From contig JBEWZL010000012.1 in NCBI GenBank assembly GCA_045837725.1, positions 124,001 through 188,000 on the forward strand: 64,000 nucleotides of DNA, read 5' to 3'. Positions 13,552 to 30,449 of the stretch are shown one piece after another. Origin of the DNA: Vermamoeba vermiformis (Eukaryota). Every line of letters begins with the position of its first letter. Positions within the stretch are counted from its first letter, which is position 1. The notes beneath the pieces are model-generated. The model saw nothing but the letters and a program-made list of their open reading frames with translations, searched no databases and was not told the origin of the DNA. The position numbers and the translations under genes were made by a program.

Positions 13552-15029
13552 CTAAAAGTCGTAACTCCTCGTGATGACTTTGTGTTCCTCATTCTCCGAG
13601 CCACTGCTCTCCGCGTTGCGCTTCAGTTGCACTTTCATTGTAATTTTGTCCTGTTCATTCAGCATATTGATTTTTTTACTCTCTGCGCTGAGCGAACCGC
13701 TGATATAATTCGCATTCCAGTGAATTAGATCTTTGGCGTTCTTTGCAACACTAACCTTTGTCACCCAAGGTTTATGGCCCTTTAAAAACCTCCAAACACC
13801 AATGTCTGTTTTGCGCTTTCCTTGTGCAAAATATTTGCATTGAAACACACTTTAAGTTGTTAGTGTCATCGTCCTCGAATGAAAAATTAATATCACACTT
13901 ACACTATTCCAGTTTCAAATTCCAATTCCACAGTTCGGTTTCGAGCAGTCGAAATAAGATAAATGACTTCCCTGCTGAGGGATTCGCGTCCTCCGTCTGA
14001 TTTGGCCTTCATTTGCAGCTGTTGCAGCATGTAATCTGCCGGGAAAGCCTCAGAAGCGGATAGCAACGCGATGCTGCGTAGTGTGAGCTGTTGCAAGTTA
14101 ATTTTTTTGATTAATTTTGCTGCTAGCTCTTTTCGTTCTTTTTTCTCAGCATCACTGAGTTCTAGACCTGCTGCTAAAGTCCATTCAGACAAGAGCTCTG
14201 TCGATATATAAGGATGCGTATTGCCCCAGTATTTGATTATAAATTCAATGAAGGCACTGAATTCCTCTCCAATATTGAAGTCTGTTAATATTTCGGGCAA
14301 CACCAATCTGTAAAGTTAGTATTAGCTATAACAACATGTATTATTAGGACTTCGATCGACTAGGGTTGGTTTTTACGTACTCCATGACTTCCCACCAAGT
14401 ATGATCTGCCTGCATCCGTGATCTTTCAACGAACATACGAAACTGTTCAATCGTTTCGCTTGAATCACTTGCATTGATCACCAAGTGCTTCCACTCATCG
14501 ACTGCAATAGTCTTCAGGTCGTCTAGTTGCAGATAATCTGCGGCAGCCAGGAGGTCGATCGCTTCTTCAGCGGTGATGGCTGGTAACTCTTCAGTGTAGA
14601 GATATAGTAACACGAGCTCTAAGGTAGCTTTTGGTATGTTGTGAATGGTAACACATCCTTCCACGGCTTCTTTTCCACGCATATCTAGCATCTGAAATTG
14701 TTCCGGATCGTGAGTTTCATTTTGCCGAGGGTGGTTTCATTTCTTACCGCTTTCAAAAATAAGGATGCCTTATTATAAATTTGTGAACCTTCTTTTCGTG
14801 CTTCACGCCCTCTCCATCAAAAACAAAAATCGAGAAGTCTGAATTTGATGTTATTTAAAATCAATTCTTTTGCGAATGAGTTATTAAGTAAACTGAAGGA
14901 ACAGAAATTATTACTAAACTTACCGCTGCCATCTCCAGTAAGCAGCGCATTTTTGGAATGCTCTAATAGAAATTACTCAGTAAATCTATACACCGCGCCC
15001 CATGGTACCTTCTTACCTACAAGGCTCAT
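13552..15029 (-). CDS. BTB/POZ domain protein (probable Cullin3 adaptor); apparent 1-nt frameshift near 14757
   Basis: SDFSIFV...VHKFIIRHPYF/(L)KAMLD...LELVLLYLYTEE..DLLAAADYLQLDDLK, followed by a BACK-like helical region. Confidence 0.75.
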
Positions 15030-15603
15030 GGCCAATAGGAATTTTTATTGGTTTAAATTAAGAATGTGATGTAACGAATAAATTGCGAAGTTCGTCTGGG
15101 CAGATGCAAAAAATTTGGCGCGGAATCAGCCTGGGCCGAGCCTGACTCCCCATTCAATTTTGTGCCAAAGATCGCGAACAGATCTTCTTATTTAACGTCT
15201 ATATTAAGAAAGAAGTAAATTTGAATCGCTCGCTTGACCTAGCTCGCTTGCTACGAAAAACAGGCAAATACAGATGAGCCAAGCTCAAACGAATCATGCT
15301 ACAAGTCGCTAGTTATTACGATCGTTGTCGTACAAATGCACGCTCATGTTAACAACGCACAGTGTTTGAAAGAGAATCCAGATGTAAGATTAATGCTAAA
15401 AAATCAGGAAAAATCTTGAGCAGATAATAATGCAACCGTTGCAATTCAATAAATTATGCGTAATTAAAGTGAATTATAGCAAAATTGTCAGGAAACGGAC
15501 GAGAACGGATGTGGTTTCCGGGATCTCACGGATCGACATAAAAACGAAAAAACTCAATAATGGACCAGCATACTAACAAACGCGTAACACTTCAAGTTGT
15601 ATC

Positions 15604-20626
<5,023 letters not shown>

Positions 20627-20975
20627 TTTTATAAAGAACTACTTGATTTATTGAAGAGTACTATATATCGTTGCATTACAACATAAGATCCAAACCAGAT
20701 GTAGTGACACTCAACGAACGCATGCAAAGCTTCGGTTAGAGGTGGAGTTATTGAGAAGCTTCTTTTCGTGTGTGCACAGCATACTCCTTCCTAATTAGGC
20801 AAAGAACCTGCGCTGATTCACACTTCGATCACGTGCCGGAATGTCAATGGAAGAATCGTACCCACGTGCCTGAAGCTACTCGAAGAATCGTCCCTATCAC
20901 TTTAAATAGAACCAACTTGCTTTTAATATCATTACAATACTCAGGAATATATTGGAAAGATATTACTACGCCCTA

Positions 20976-21684
20976 ATGTCTCAATTGAAGCTGTTTGGAC
21001 TTCGCGGATCGACTTGCACCCGACGAGTGTTGGCTACTCTCGAAGAGATTAATATGCCCTATGAATTCGAGGCAGTATTCTTGGACACTATAAAGAGTCC
21101 TGAATATATAGCCAACAGACATCCATTGGGCAAGATCCCGGCCTTGCAAGATGGCAACGACTACCGCATCTACGAGTCTCGCGCAATAGTTCGTTATATT
21201 GCCTCGGCGTATGACAGGACAGGCACATTATATCCTAGTGACCCGAAAGTGCGAGGCATTATCGAGCAATGGATCTCCGTGGAACAGTGCTATTACAACG
21301 CGGCGGAAGATCTTGCGATTAACCTCATTTTTGCCAAAAGACGCGGCTTCCCCAGCGATGAAGCGAAGATAAAGGAAGCAGAAAAGCGTTTGGAACAAGT
21401 CCTGGCTGTCCTCGATGCTCATTTGGCTAAATCCAAATTTCTGGCGGGCGATACCTTCACTGTGGCTGGTAAGTCCATTAATAATTGCGTCAGTATATAA
21501 TAGTCTTTAACCAGTTCATATTTAATGCTCAGACATCGTCTACTTGCCTTACACGCACTTGGTACTTTCGGATCTTCCTCAATACGCGGAAGTATACGCC
21601 AAGCACGCGAATTTCATGCGTTGGTGGCAAGAGGTGTCGAGCAGACCTTCTTGGAAGAGGGCTTCTTCGCAGTCTGAATTCTAA
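20976..21684 (+). CDS. Glutathione S-transferase (phi/theta-like), 2 exons
   Basis: STCTRRVLATLEE, HPLGKIPALQDG, IYESRAIVRYI and LDAHLAKSKFLAGDTFTVAD; one intron at ~21469-21532. Confidence 0.93.
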
Positions 21685-22737
21685 ATCTCATTTCAGAGCT
21701 CGATTGCATCCATATCACTTGCTGTCAAAGAATAAACGTTTGTTCTCCGTAATGTTTCAAAATTCTGTTGAGACAACTTATTCTGTCATTAGGTTATTTT
21801 TGGGCCTGAATCAGGATTACATCTTGGGAAGGGTTAATTCTGGCGTCAAGTGTCCGGTATTAATCCAACTTCGTAACTGACGGACGAGTCGAATTCGCCA
21901 AATTTATTACTGCCTTCGTAATTTATCGAGAATGAATCAGTAATCGAAACTCTCAAATCCAGGTGAAGATCGGATCTCTGACCAGTCAGTTATCTCTCGA
22001 TAACTATCGTAGAGACTTTGTAAACGATAAGAATTTAACAGCTTGTCGATAAATTTCCAATTTTAACGTTACTTCACACTAAAATTGGAATTTTCAAGCG
22101 TTGATTAAAAATTAAATATCTTGCGCGTTATATATTCAAGGTGTTGATTCTCTTGTAACCGTTAATCGGCCGTGGTGCTTGCATTACATCCTAAACAGCA
22201 CAGAATTTCAGTCAGTTTACTGTTTTTGGAATTTCTCCATCCGTACATAGGAAAAGACAGTTCTCTCAGAGGACCTGAATACCACAAAAATGCAAAAAAA
22301 GTGAAACTAGTATGGATTCTCTCCTTAATTCTATCTCGAAACCGTCTGAAGCAGAACTCGAATCGACGTGTCAGTGGCAGCAAGTTTGGTGTATTAATGC
22401 TAATAAGCCATTAATTACAGCGTTCAGATAGAAAGAGTCTGGCGTGCATGCGCTGGTTCACAACTATAAACTTTCTAGCTATTTTTAGGCTTAAACTGAA
22501 ATGTTTGTTGTGGATTTGACTTGTCAAAAAAACTCTATTTTATGCGCGACCGCCTAATAACGTTTCAGCGCATTATAAAGACTACATCTTGCTGTGACCG
22601 ATCATATTTCAAATGGACTGAAAGTGTCAGCGGAGAGTTTCTCCGACACGCAACTATTTATTGGCCGCCAACAACTTTTTTCATTCATTGTATTTGCGTT
22701 GAATATCAACACCACACTTCTCTAGTCAACAGCAGAC

Positions 22738-23583
22738 ATGAAAGCCATTGCTTTGATTCTCTTCGCTGCTCTCCTCGCCACTGCATCTGCTCAAGCAGGC
22801 GTTTTTGTTTACTCCATCTACTCCGAGTCAACTTGTCAACAAGCTAACTTGATTGGTATGGTTAGCGACATTGTTGCTGTAAGTATTTTGGCATTTCCAA
22901 GCCACATCCGTTCGTTTTCGGTAATATAAAGAATTTAAATTGACTCGATCCCCGTTCAGGATGCACCTTGCACTGCTTACTTGTGCGAACAGATTGGTAC
23001 TACCGGCCAATATAGAACTCTTGCGTGCTTGTCCGAGCCTGGCACTCCTCCCGCCAACTTCATCCAATGGAACCTGTTCAGCGACAACAATTGCACTACT
23101 TACACTAACTACTCTGCTGGTACGTCGACCAATCCATCCGTTGTTGCAATTCGAATGATTAACCTGTTGGACGTTCATGTCACGATTTACTAATTTCCTT
23201 TTTTAGTTATCCCCAACACTTGCGTTCAAGTCCGCGACGTTGGTGCAGTCAAGTTCCAAGCTTGCTCTGGCGGCAGCTTCACCCAGATCCAAGCCGCATC
23301 TGTCGCTGACTGCAACAGCAACACCAACACTGCTACTGTGAACGTCGACACTTCGCAGTGCGTGGATATGCAAGACGGCAAGACCTTTACCAAGGGTGTG
23401 TGCCCTGCTGGCAGCAACACTCCGACTGCTGCTCCTACATCCGGCAACACTCCATCTGCTGCTCCCACCAGCACTACTCCCTCGAGCACCACTCCTACTA
23501 AGGCCCCTACTAAGGCTAGCAGCGCTGCCACGACTGCTTTGAGCGTGTTGTCTCTCGCTGCCGGACTCGTTATCGCTCTCTAA
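22738..23583 (+). CDS. Cys-rich secreted, probably GPI-anchored surface protein (tandem copy 1), 4 exons
   Basis: Signal peptide MKAIALILFAALLATASA, Cys-rich domain, Thr/Pro stalk and hydrophobic C-terminus SSAATTALSVLSLAAGLVIAL. Confidence 0.85.
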
Positions 23584-23953
23584 GTCCTCCAGCTTTTTCA
23601 GTTGGATGCGATTCCTACTTCAACTGACGAGTTAATAAAAAGAACCATCGTTCATCAATAGTATATATTTTTCTAGATATAATATTGTTCGGCAGGCAGT
23701 TAGTTAATGGCTACCTACAGTACGCAAAATTTTAATGTTAGTCTAAAAATAGCTGCAATATGTACCGGTGATATTTACCTTCGTTTGTCCACGCATAGGG
23801 TAGCTATCTGCCTTAGCGATTGGTCCTGTCTGTTTTGGCTCACCACCTTATCGGACTTACTTGCCGACCAACGCTTAAAATTGTCGGTTAAAAAATTTTC
23901 AATCATTGTTTTGCCGTTGAATATCAACACCACACCTCAAGTTACCCTACAAC

Positions 23954-24785
23954 ATGAAGGTCTCTGCTATCATCGTCTTCGCTGCTATCATTGCTTCTGC
24001 TTACGCCGCTGCTGGTATTGTCGAGTACACCATCTTCTCCGAGAGCACTTGCGCTCAAGGCAACTTGATTGGTATCGTTTCTGACATCGTAGCGGTAAGA
24101 CCTATATTTTTAACGTGTACCTCTGCTGTTTAAAATATTTTTTCTCATTTTTTTAATCTGATCAGGATGTTACCAACTGCGTTGGCGCTTACTGCGAGCA
24201 AATTGGTACTACCGGCCAATATAGAACCACTGCCTGCCTTACTACTCGCACTACTCCCCCCACCAACTTCATTCAATGGAACGTCTTCAGCGATAACACT
24301 TGCGCTACTGCTTCTAACTACTCCGCAAGTAAGTTGGCGCATCTGCAACGAATATTTTAATATTATAGATTTCTTAGCATTTTATATCCATTTCGTTTTA
24401 ATAAACCACTGCCACTCACCTTTCTTTTATTTAGTTGTCCCCAACACTTGCGTTCAAGTCCGCGACGTTGGTGCAGTCAAGTTCCAAACTTGCGCTAGCG
24501 GCAGCTTCACTTCAGACCCAAGCCGCGACTGTCGCTGACTGCAACAGCAACACCAACAGCATTACCTTGACCACCGACACTTCCAAGTGCGTGGATATGC
24601 AAGACGGCAAGACCTTCACCCAGGGTGTGTGCCCCGCTACCACCACTCCTGTTGCTGCTCCTACTGCTGGCTCTACTCCCACTAGTGCCAACACTCCTGT
24701 CAGAGCCCCTGCTAGAGCTAGCTCTGCTGCCTCCGCTGCTTTGAGCGTGTTGTCTCTCGCTGCTGGATTCGTTCTCGCTTTCTAA
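23954..24785 (+). CDS. Cys-rich GPI-anchored surface protein (tandem copy 2) with a +1 frameshift at ~24512
   Basis: Same exon structure as copy 1 and high similarity (PNTCVQVRDVGAVKFQ, CVDMQDGKTFT). There is one extra T in ttcact-t-cag relative to copy 1. Confidence 0.8.
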
Positions 24786-25055
24786 GCACTCAGAAGATAA
24801 TTACTGGTGTTCTTTATAATAGTATTCTTGTCTCATCGTCATATATAAAGCTGTATCGTTTGATTCGGCGAAAAACGTGCGTAACAGAGTGTTTGTACTG
24901 GATGTGGATTCGTTGATAATGAGTGCCAGTGTATTGCTACACCAACCGTACTTTAGCAAAGAGTTGATATGGTACGCCACGGCCTTGACTAATTTCAAGC
25001 AAGAATTGATGTGCGTCCGTTCGTTCATTTTTAAATCTCGATCAAACACTAAACG

Positions 25056-25894
25056 ATGCATCAACGGATTAATTTAGCATTAGTTGCGTTCATAGCACTT
25101 ATATTATATTGTTCCTCGGTCAAGTAAGTTACCTGCGGAATTGGAACTGCGGATTCGGAGATGGAATTGCTAATCCAACGTTGTAACTAGGGCGAGTGAT
25201 TACAGACAATATGAAAGAGATGGTATGTTATGTAATGTCACTAGATGCATTCCGTGCTTCGACACTGAAAAGGTAAGAATCAGTCAAATAGTGTGCAATC
25301 TGTCAAGAAAATTTCTGCTTCGTTGTTTATGCAATATAATCTATTATATAATTATACTAATATTATTACTATTTTTTGAAAACTAAGTAGTAATTTTTAA
25401 TTGACTTACAGCGAGAATCATTTTGTCAAGACACTGGATTTCGTGAGCAAGTCTCGTGCGTTGTGATAGACACTAAGAGATTAAACAATATGCCCATTGG
25501 ACAGCCTATTATCGCGGGCAAAGAAAGTTTGGACCACATGGTGCGCATCCACTATCAATCGTGTTCTATTGCTGCCGAGCAAGCAAAAACATTCATTTCA
25601 TTCGAAGTAAGTCTGAAAAATAGGTTCTATATTAATATAATAACAATACGACCCCAAAAATATTCATTAGTATCGATCATTCTACGTCAGATCTGATTTT
25701 ACTAGATCTCGCGTACTTCTAGATTTGTTATTAGACATTCTTTGTTCTTCCTATTACTAACACTTAATGCACCTTATTAGTTTGTCATGATGATCATCAT
25801 GGGCGGTGCGTTGTACATGGTCGTCAGTCGCAAGCGCAGCATTCAACGCCGAGCCGCTGAAGATCTGCAAAAACGATCCGAAGACATTGTGTAA
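25056..25894 (+). CDS. JTB: JTB (jumping translocation breakpoint)-like small type I membrane protein
   Basis: Spliced: signal peptide, then CNVTRCIPCFDTEKRESFCQDTGFREQVSC...YQSC...FISFEFVMMIIMGGALYMVVSRKRSIQRRAAEDLQKR. The Cys spacing, CxxTGxxE and FxxFE-TM-basic tail match the JTB pattern as I recall it. Confidence 0.72.
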
Positions 25895-26354
25895 CAAGAC
25901 TAGGACACTAATAACTATGATGCCCATCGAAATGAAGCACTAACGCGTGATACAATTACATGTAAGCTCAATGAACAGTTGGCAGGTGCATTGAAGTGTC
26001 TAATGTAAATTAACTTGTAAATAAATCAAAAATTTTCCTGTAAATAAATTTGATAATTTTTTTGGCTATTAACGCCGCTAGTTGTATTTCCATTTGATGC
26101 ACTAGTACATTTATTATTCATTACCAGTATGAACTCGTCCGTTGTTTCTTGATATATTCCACGAGTACTGCACGCTGTCGACACAGCCACTCAACTGCCT
26201 CTTGCGTACTCAAAATTGAATAGGAACTCAATCGCTTAGCGCCTTCCCATTCCCAGCCATACGCGTGTGCTCGGTGTGGTGAGTGCTTCGTTAAAAAAAG
26301 GTTCTTGCGCGGACACCAAATGAGTGAATCAGAAGCTATATATTATAAGGATTG

Positions 26355-26880
26355 TTATTCAATTGGCTTGTCGGATCCAAAATGAGACTCACAACCGGAA
26401 GGGAACACAGTGACAGGATACTCCTTGCAACGACGACAAGCCCGCTTAAGATTACTCGACACTATGTGTACTGGGAAATGATAGCGTGCGAAGTGTTCGG
26501 TTAGACGTAGTTTTAGCTGTGTTGGATCTTGTTCTGCCAAAATAATAGCAGCAATATCCGATTTAAAGGTATTAAAAGACGTGCCTATAATTATAAGGAA
26601 TATATTAATTAATTAACAAAGAATATCGACTGAACAGACATCGGAATTTAATTTTTGACATTTTCTAAAAATTGTATTTTAGGGAGCGAAGATCCAGTGA
26701 TGATTGGTACTTACGGGTTATTCGATGTTTAAATAAATATTTTACATTTAAATATGCGCCGTAGAATTTCTTATTTACGAGAGCAACTCGCCATAGATCC
26801 CAATCGACAGTGATATTTGGTTTGAATAGCGTTATTACGTGTAATATAAGCTCTATAGGCAAATCATTTAACGAAGCCAT
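26355..26880 (-). CDS. Small F-box-like protein
   Basis: N-terminal SLNDLPIELILHVITL...LWRVALVNKKFY; second exon contains CxxC (ACRRCKE). Confidence 0.6.
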
Positions 26881-27005
26881 TAATTGATTGTGTTCGCACA
26901 AACTTTGCAACTATTTTTCAGATTCGTTTTGTTTTGTCTTAGACATTTTACTTTGGCCTAAAAGGGAGGCAATAAGCTCCCATAACAGTAATAATTAGAG
27001 TAATA

Positions 27006-28658
27006 TTAATCTATAGAGACAGTAATTTCAGCAATGCCAATCACACTGTCAGCTGCACCGTAGAAGCCAATGAAAGTATTCAAATAGCCTGGCTTCTTTC
27101 TCCAGCCTTCCAAGAACACGACATTAGGTGTAAGACCTAAATAAGGAGCTGATCCTTTCTCCCAAGCCAATTCTGGGGACAATAAAGGTACATCAGATCG
27201 AGCCAAAACTTTAGTCGGATCCTGCAAGAAAAATTCATTAGAAAGGAGGTATTACGGGTCAGATAGTATAGAACGTACATCCTTATCTAAGACGACCCAT
27301 CCGACGTTATATTCGTATTGATAGCCTGGCTTTTTGCTTGGGAAGCAGCATCTAGCTGAATTGTAAATGAAGAGATAATTGCCGTCGGACAAAGTTAATG
27401 GCAAAGGACCTGCTTCAACAAGCGTAGAGTCGAAGGAGTCATTGCGCACTTCAATTAAGAAGCCTGGTTGCAAGGTCCAAGTCAACAAATCCGTCGAAGT
27501 TGCGATCTGAAGGCCAGGAACTATTCGTAGGTGTAAAGATGATATTAATATATTTGATATGCTTATATTTACCAAGAGTAGAGTCGCCAAAGAACATGTA
27601 GTGAGGTCCAGGCTTGCCATCTCGGATCAACATGGCGCCAGACTTAGACCAGCCAAGTTGAGGGAATACTGGGCCGTGTCTCTTCCACGAATTTCTATCA
27701 GTGGGCTTTTTGCTCGTCGCGAGTGCAAGGCTGCATATTTAAGCGAGTATTAGTATTTTAAAATCGAAATCGCTAATCGCATCTGCCTTACCGAGAGATG
27801 ACAGTATTGTTATTCGGGTACGATTGTACAGCTGAGTATAAGAGATAGTATGTTTGATCCTGCATATATTTAAACGGTTAATTAAGGTGTTTTGGCAGTT
27901 GGATTTTTCGATCGGATCCAACATGCAAAGAAATTTCGGCTACCAATTCGAAAACAAGGATAAAAATATTACTTACAGCTTGTCTATATACTATACGAGG
28001 GTCTTCAGTACCATATTCATCGCTTTCTGATTCGGGAGCAAAAACAACACTCTCGGGAGTGATCTCGCTGAAAGTGAAGTTGTGATCGTTCCAATGGCGA
28101 TCTAATTTACTAAAATAATATTACATTAGCTTTGTAAAAAATATCGAGCAGTTTTTCGAGGTTTTTCGAGATCTGATTCAACAAAGAGCGCGAACATTTT
28201 ACGATTAAAAAAAGATATTTTCTTAATTTGCAATCACATTTTTGACTTACGTCCATGCGAGGACTGAAGGAGTAGTGTCATATGGATCATTTGGGCTCTT
28301 TAAATTTTGGCATCTAACCAACAAACCGCCTTCTCCATCCTACGAAATTCGATAAATTACATAAATTGGTAAAATAATAGCGATAAGTACCCTTTGTGGA
28401 ACCCAAGCAGCATTGTAGTTATATACAAATGAAGATTGACCCTTTTGGCTAGAGAAAATAATTAGATGCGTTTTTGATAATAATTATCGCAGCACAAGCT
28501 CGTATAATTTAACGAAATTATACCATAAAATAATAAATATAATACCTGCTAAGCACGGGAATGTGGTTGTTAATTACACGTGCCTTAACTGTATAGGCAT
28601 CCACGACGCTCAAACAAAAAATGCTTGCAATAACAGCAACGAGGATTAAACACTTCAT
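27006..28658 (-). CDS. Secreted glycoside hydrolase, GH130-like (beta-propeller mannosidase/phosphorylase)
   Basis: Signal peptide MKCLILVAVIASIFCLSVVDA; motifs YNYNAA, EDPRIVY, KSGA, VEAGPLP, LFIYNSA, PNVVFLEG and FYGAADSVIG. Confidence 0.82.
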
Positions 28659-28895
28659 AATGTGCTCTGATACACTCGACAAAAGACAACAATGAATAGG
28701 AACACGAAGATTCTGCCGTATTGAGGACACGTCAGGTTGAATTTTATGTCCGGAGTGAATTGCTCAGTCCCGATCTGGACTCACATTTAGCGAAAACTTT
28801 AACCGCCTTAAATGCTATACTATCAACCTATAGTTTATTGAAAAGACAAACAATGAAAATATGAACAAGTGAGCCAAGTGTCAATTTGACAGGCG

Positions 28896-30104
28896 TTAAA
28901 ACAAAGCAGCGACAGCCAACACGGCAGCGGATCCAGCTGACAAAGCAACAGCACCGCTGACAGTGTTGCCATCAGGGGAGGTACGACCAGCATCGGTGTC
29001 AAGGCTGATGGACGTGTTGCATTCCCCGACCTTGCCGTTAACAGCCACTGCCAGACCGCCATTGAATGCCTGATTGAAGTCAGTCAAGCACGACAGAATT
29101 TGAATCTGAGTCAGCGAGCACAGAGCAGCAGACAAGCCCTTAGACGTGCAGCTGTCAGCACAGCCTCCAATGATGCATTGAGCTGCTTGGATCGTTTGAC
29201 CAATCGTGTAACCTGCGCACACATTGGCTTGGGCCGTGAAGCACAAGTCCACGAGCTTCTTGTTGCACGATGAAAAGTCCTCGTCACAGCTGTCAAAGCC
29301 GACGTTCAATTGAGCAGCGATGAGTTGAGCTGACAGAGCACCGCGGACTTCAGAGAAAGCCAAGCCAGAGAGGAGGCCGCCGAGGTCAACAGAGAGGGCA
29401 ATGTTGGGCAACAAATTGCGAATGGCGAGGGCAGTGGTCAAGTTGAGGTAGCTGCAGCCAGGCAAGCCAATCACTAGTCCAAGGTCGAAGCACGTGTCAA
29501 AGTGATAGTCGCGATAACAGGCAGCGTTGACACCATCGCAATCACCTTGCCATCCCTCCTTAGTAAAGGTGCGGTACTGGCAGCTCGTGGGAGGTTGAAC
29601 GGGAGCAGCAACGGGAGCAATAACAGCGACTGGCGTGCCAACAGGAACACAATCTGAGCGTCAACAGTGTTAGCTCGAGCGTCAATACAAAGTTTCAAAT
29701 GACACGTTGACGCGTACCTTTCGAAGGCGGATTGGTCGGGACGAAGCCATTGCGGCACTGGCACCCGCAGCAGCCAACACCGCCGTCACATTGTTCACTG
29801 CCCACGACAATCTTATCACCACACACTAGCCAAAGAATCAATACATAGAAAATAAGACAGTATCTTTAGTCTTACCAGGCTCGCAGTTGTTTGAGATCGG
29901 GAAAGTAGATCTCCAACCAGGCAAACACAGACAGTCATCATATTGACAGCCAATAGCGCCTTTAGCACATTGGAACAAGCCAGGATCACACCCTAATATA
30001 GTAAGTATTAGAATTGTAAGGTGGCGCTAAAGTTAGTTGTGCGTACATCCGTAAGCAAGCGAGATCAAGCAGGCCGAAATAACAATGATAGTCGTACGCA
30101 TCAT
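28896..30104 (-). CDS. Cys-rich GPI-anchored surface protein with a CGDxxxxxxEQCD repeat unit and an uncharacterised C-terminal domain
   Basis: Signal MMRTTIIVISACLISLAYG; VCGDKIVVGSEQCDGG; YRTFTKEGWQG...SAQLIAAQLNVGFD; hydrophobic tail SAGSAAVLAVAALF. Confidence 0.82.
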
Positions 30105-30449
30105 TAGATATTCAATGAATACGAGTTATTGAAATGAGTTGTAGTTGTTCTTGTTTGGTTGTTGTTGATTGAATTAAAACAATGCAAGCGCATCACTTTC
30201 ACTTTTATAGCCTCTTAGGCACGCTCAAATTTTAAAATTTCAATCGAATTCTGAAACGAACAAACCAGTAATTGAATTCATTATGTAAATTTTGTCTTTA
30301 ATTTACGAGTTTGAACGGATCTCGTACTGACATAAATAGTACCTCGCTGAAATTTCACTTCAACAGAAAAATAATTCGTTTAATTATTCCGAAATCAAAC
30401 TAAACAATACTATATGCGATATATAACATAAGGCCTTACAATAATGACC

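Noticed and set aside
29460-29490. Apparent frameshift between ORFs 29474..29764 and 28896..29474
   Set aside because: After splicing, the real frame runs uninterrupted (TCFDLGLVIGLPG).
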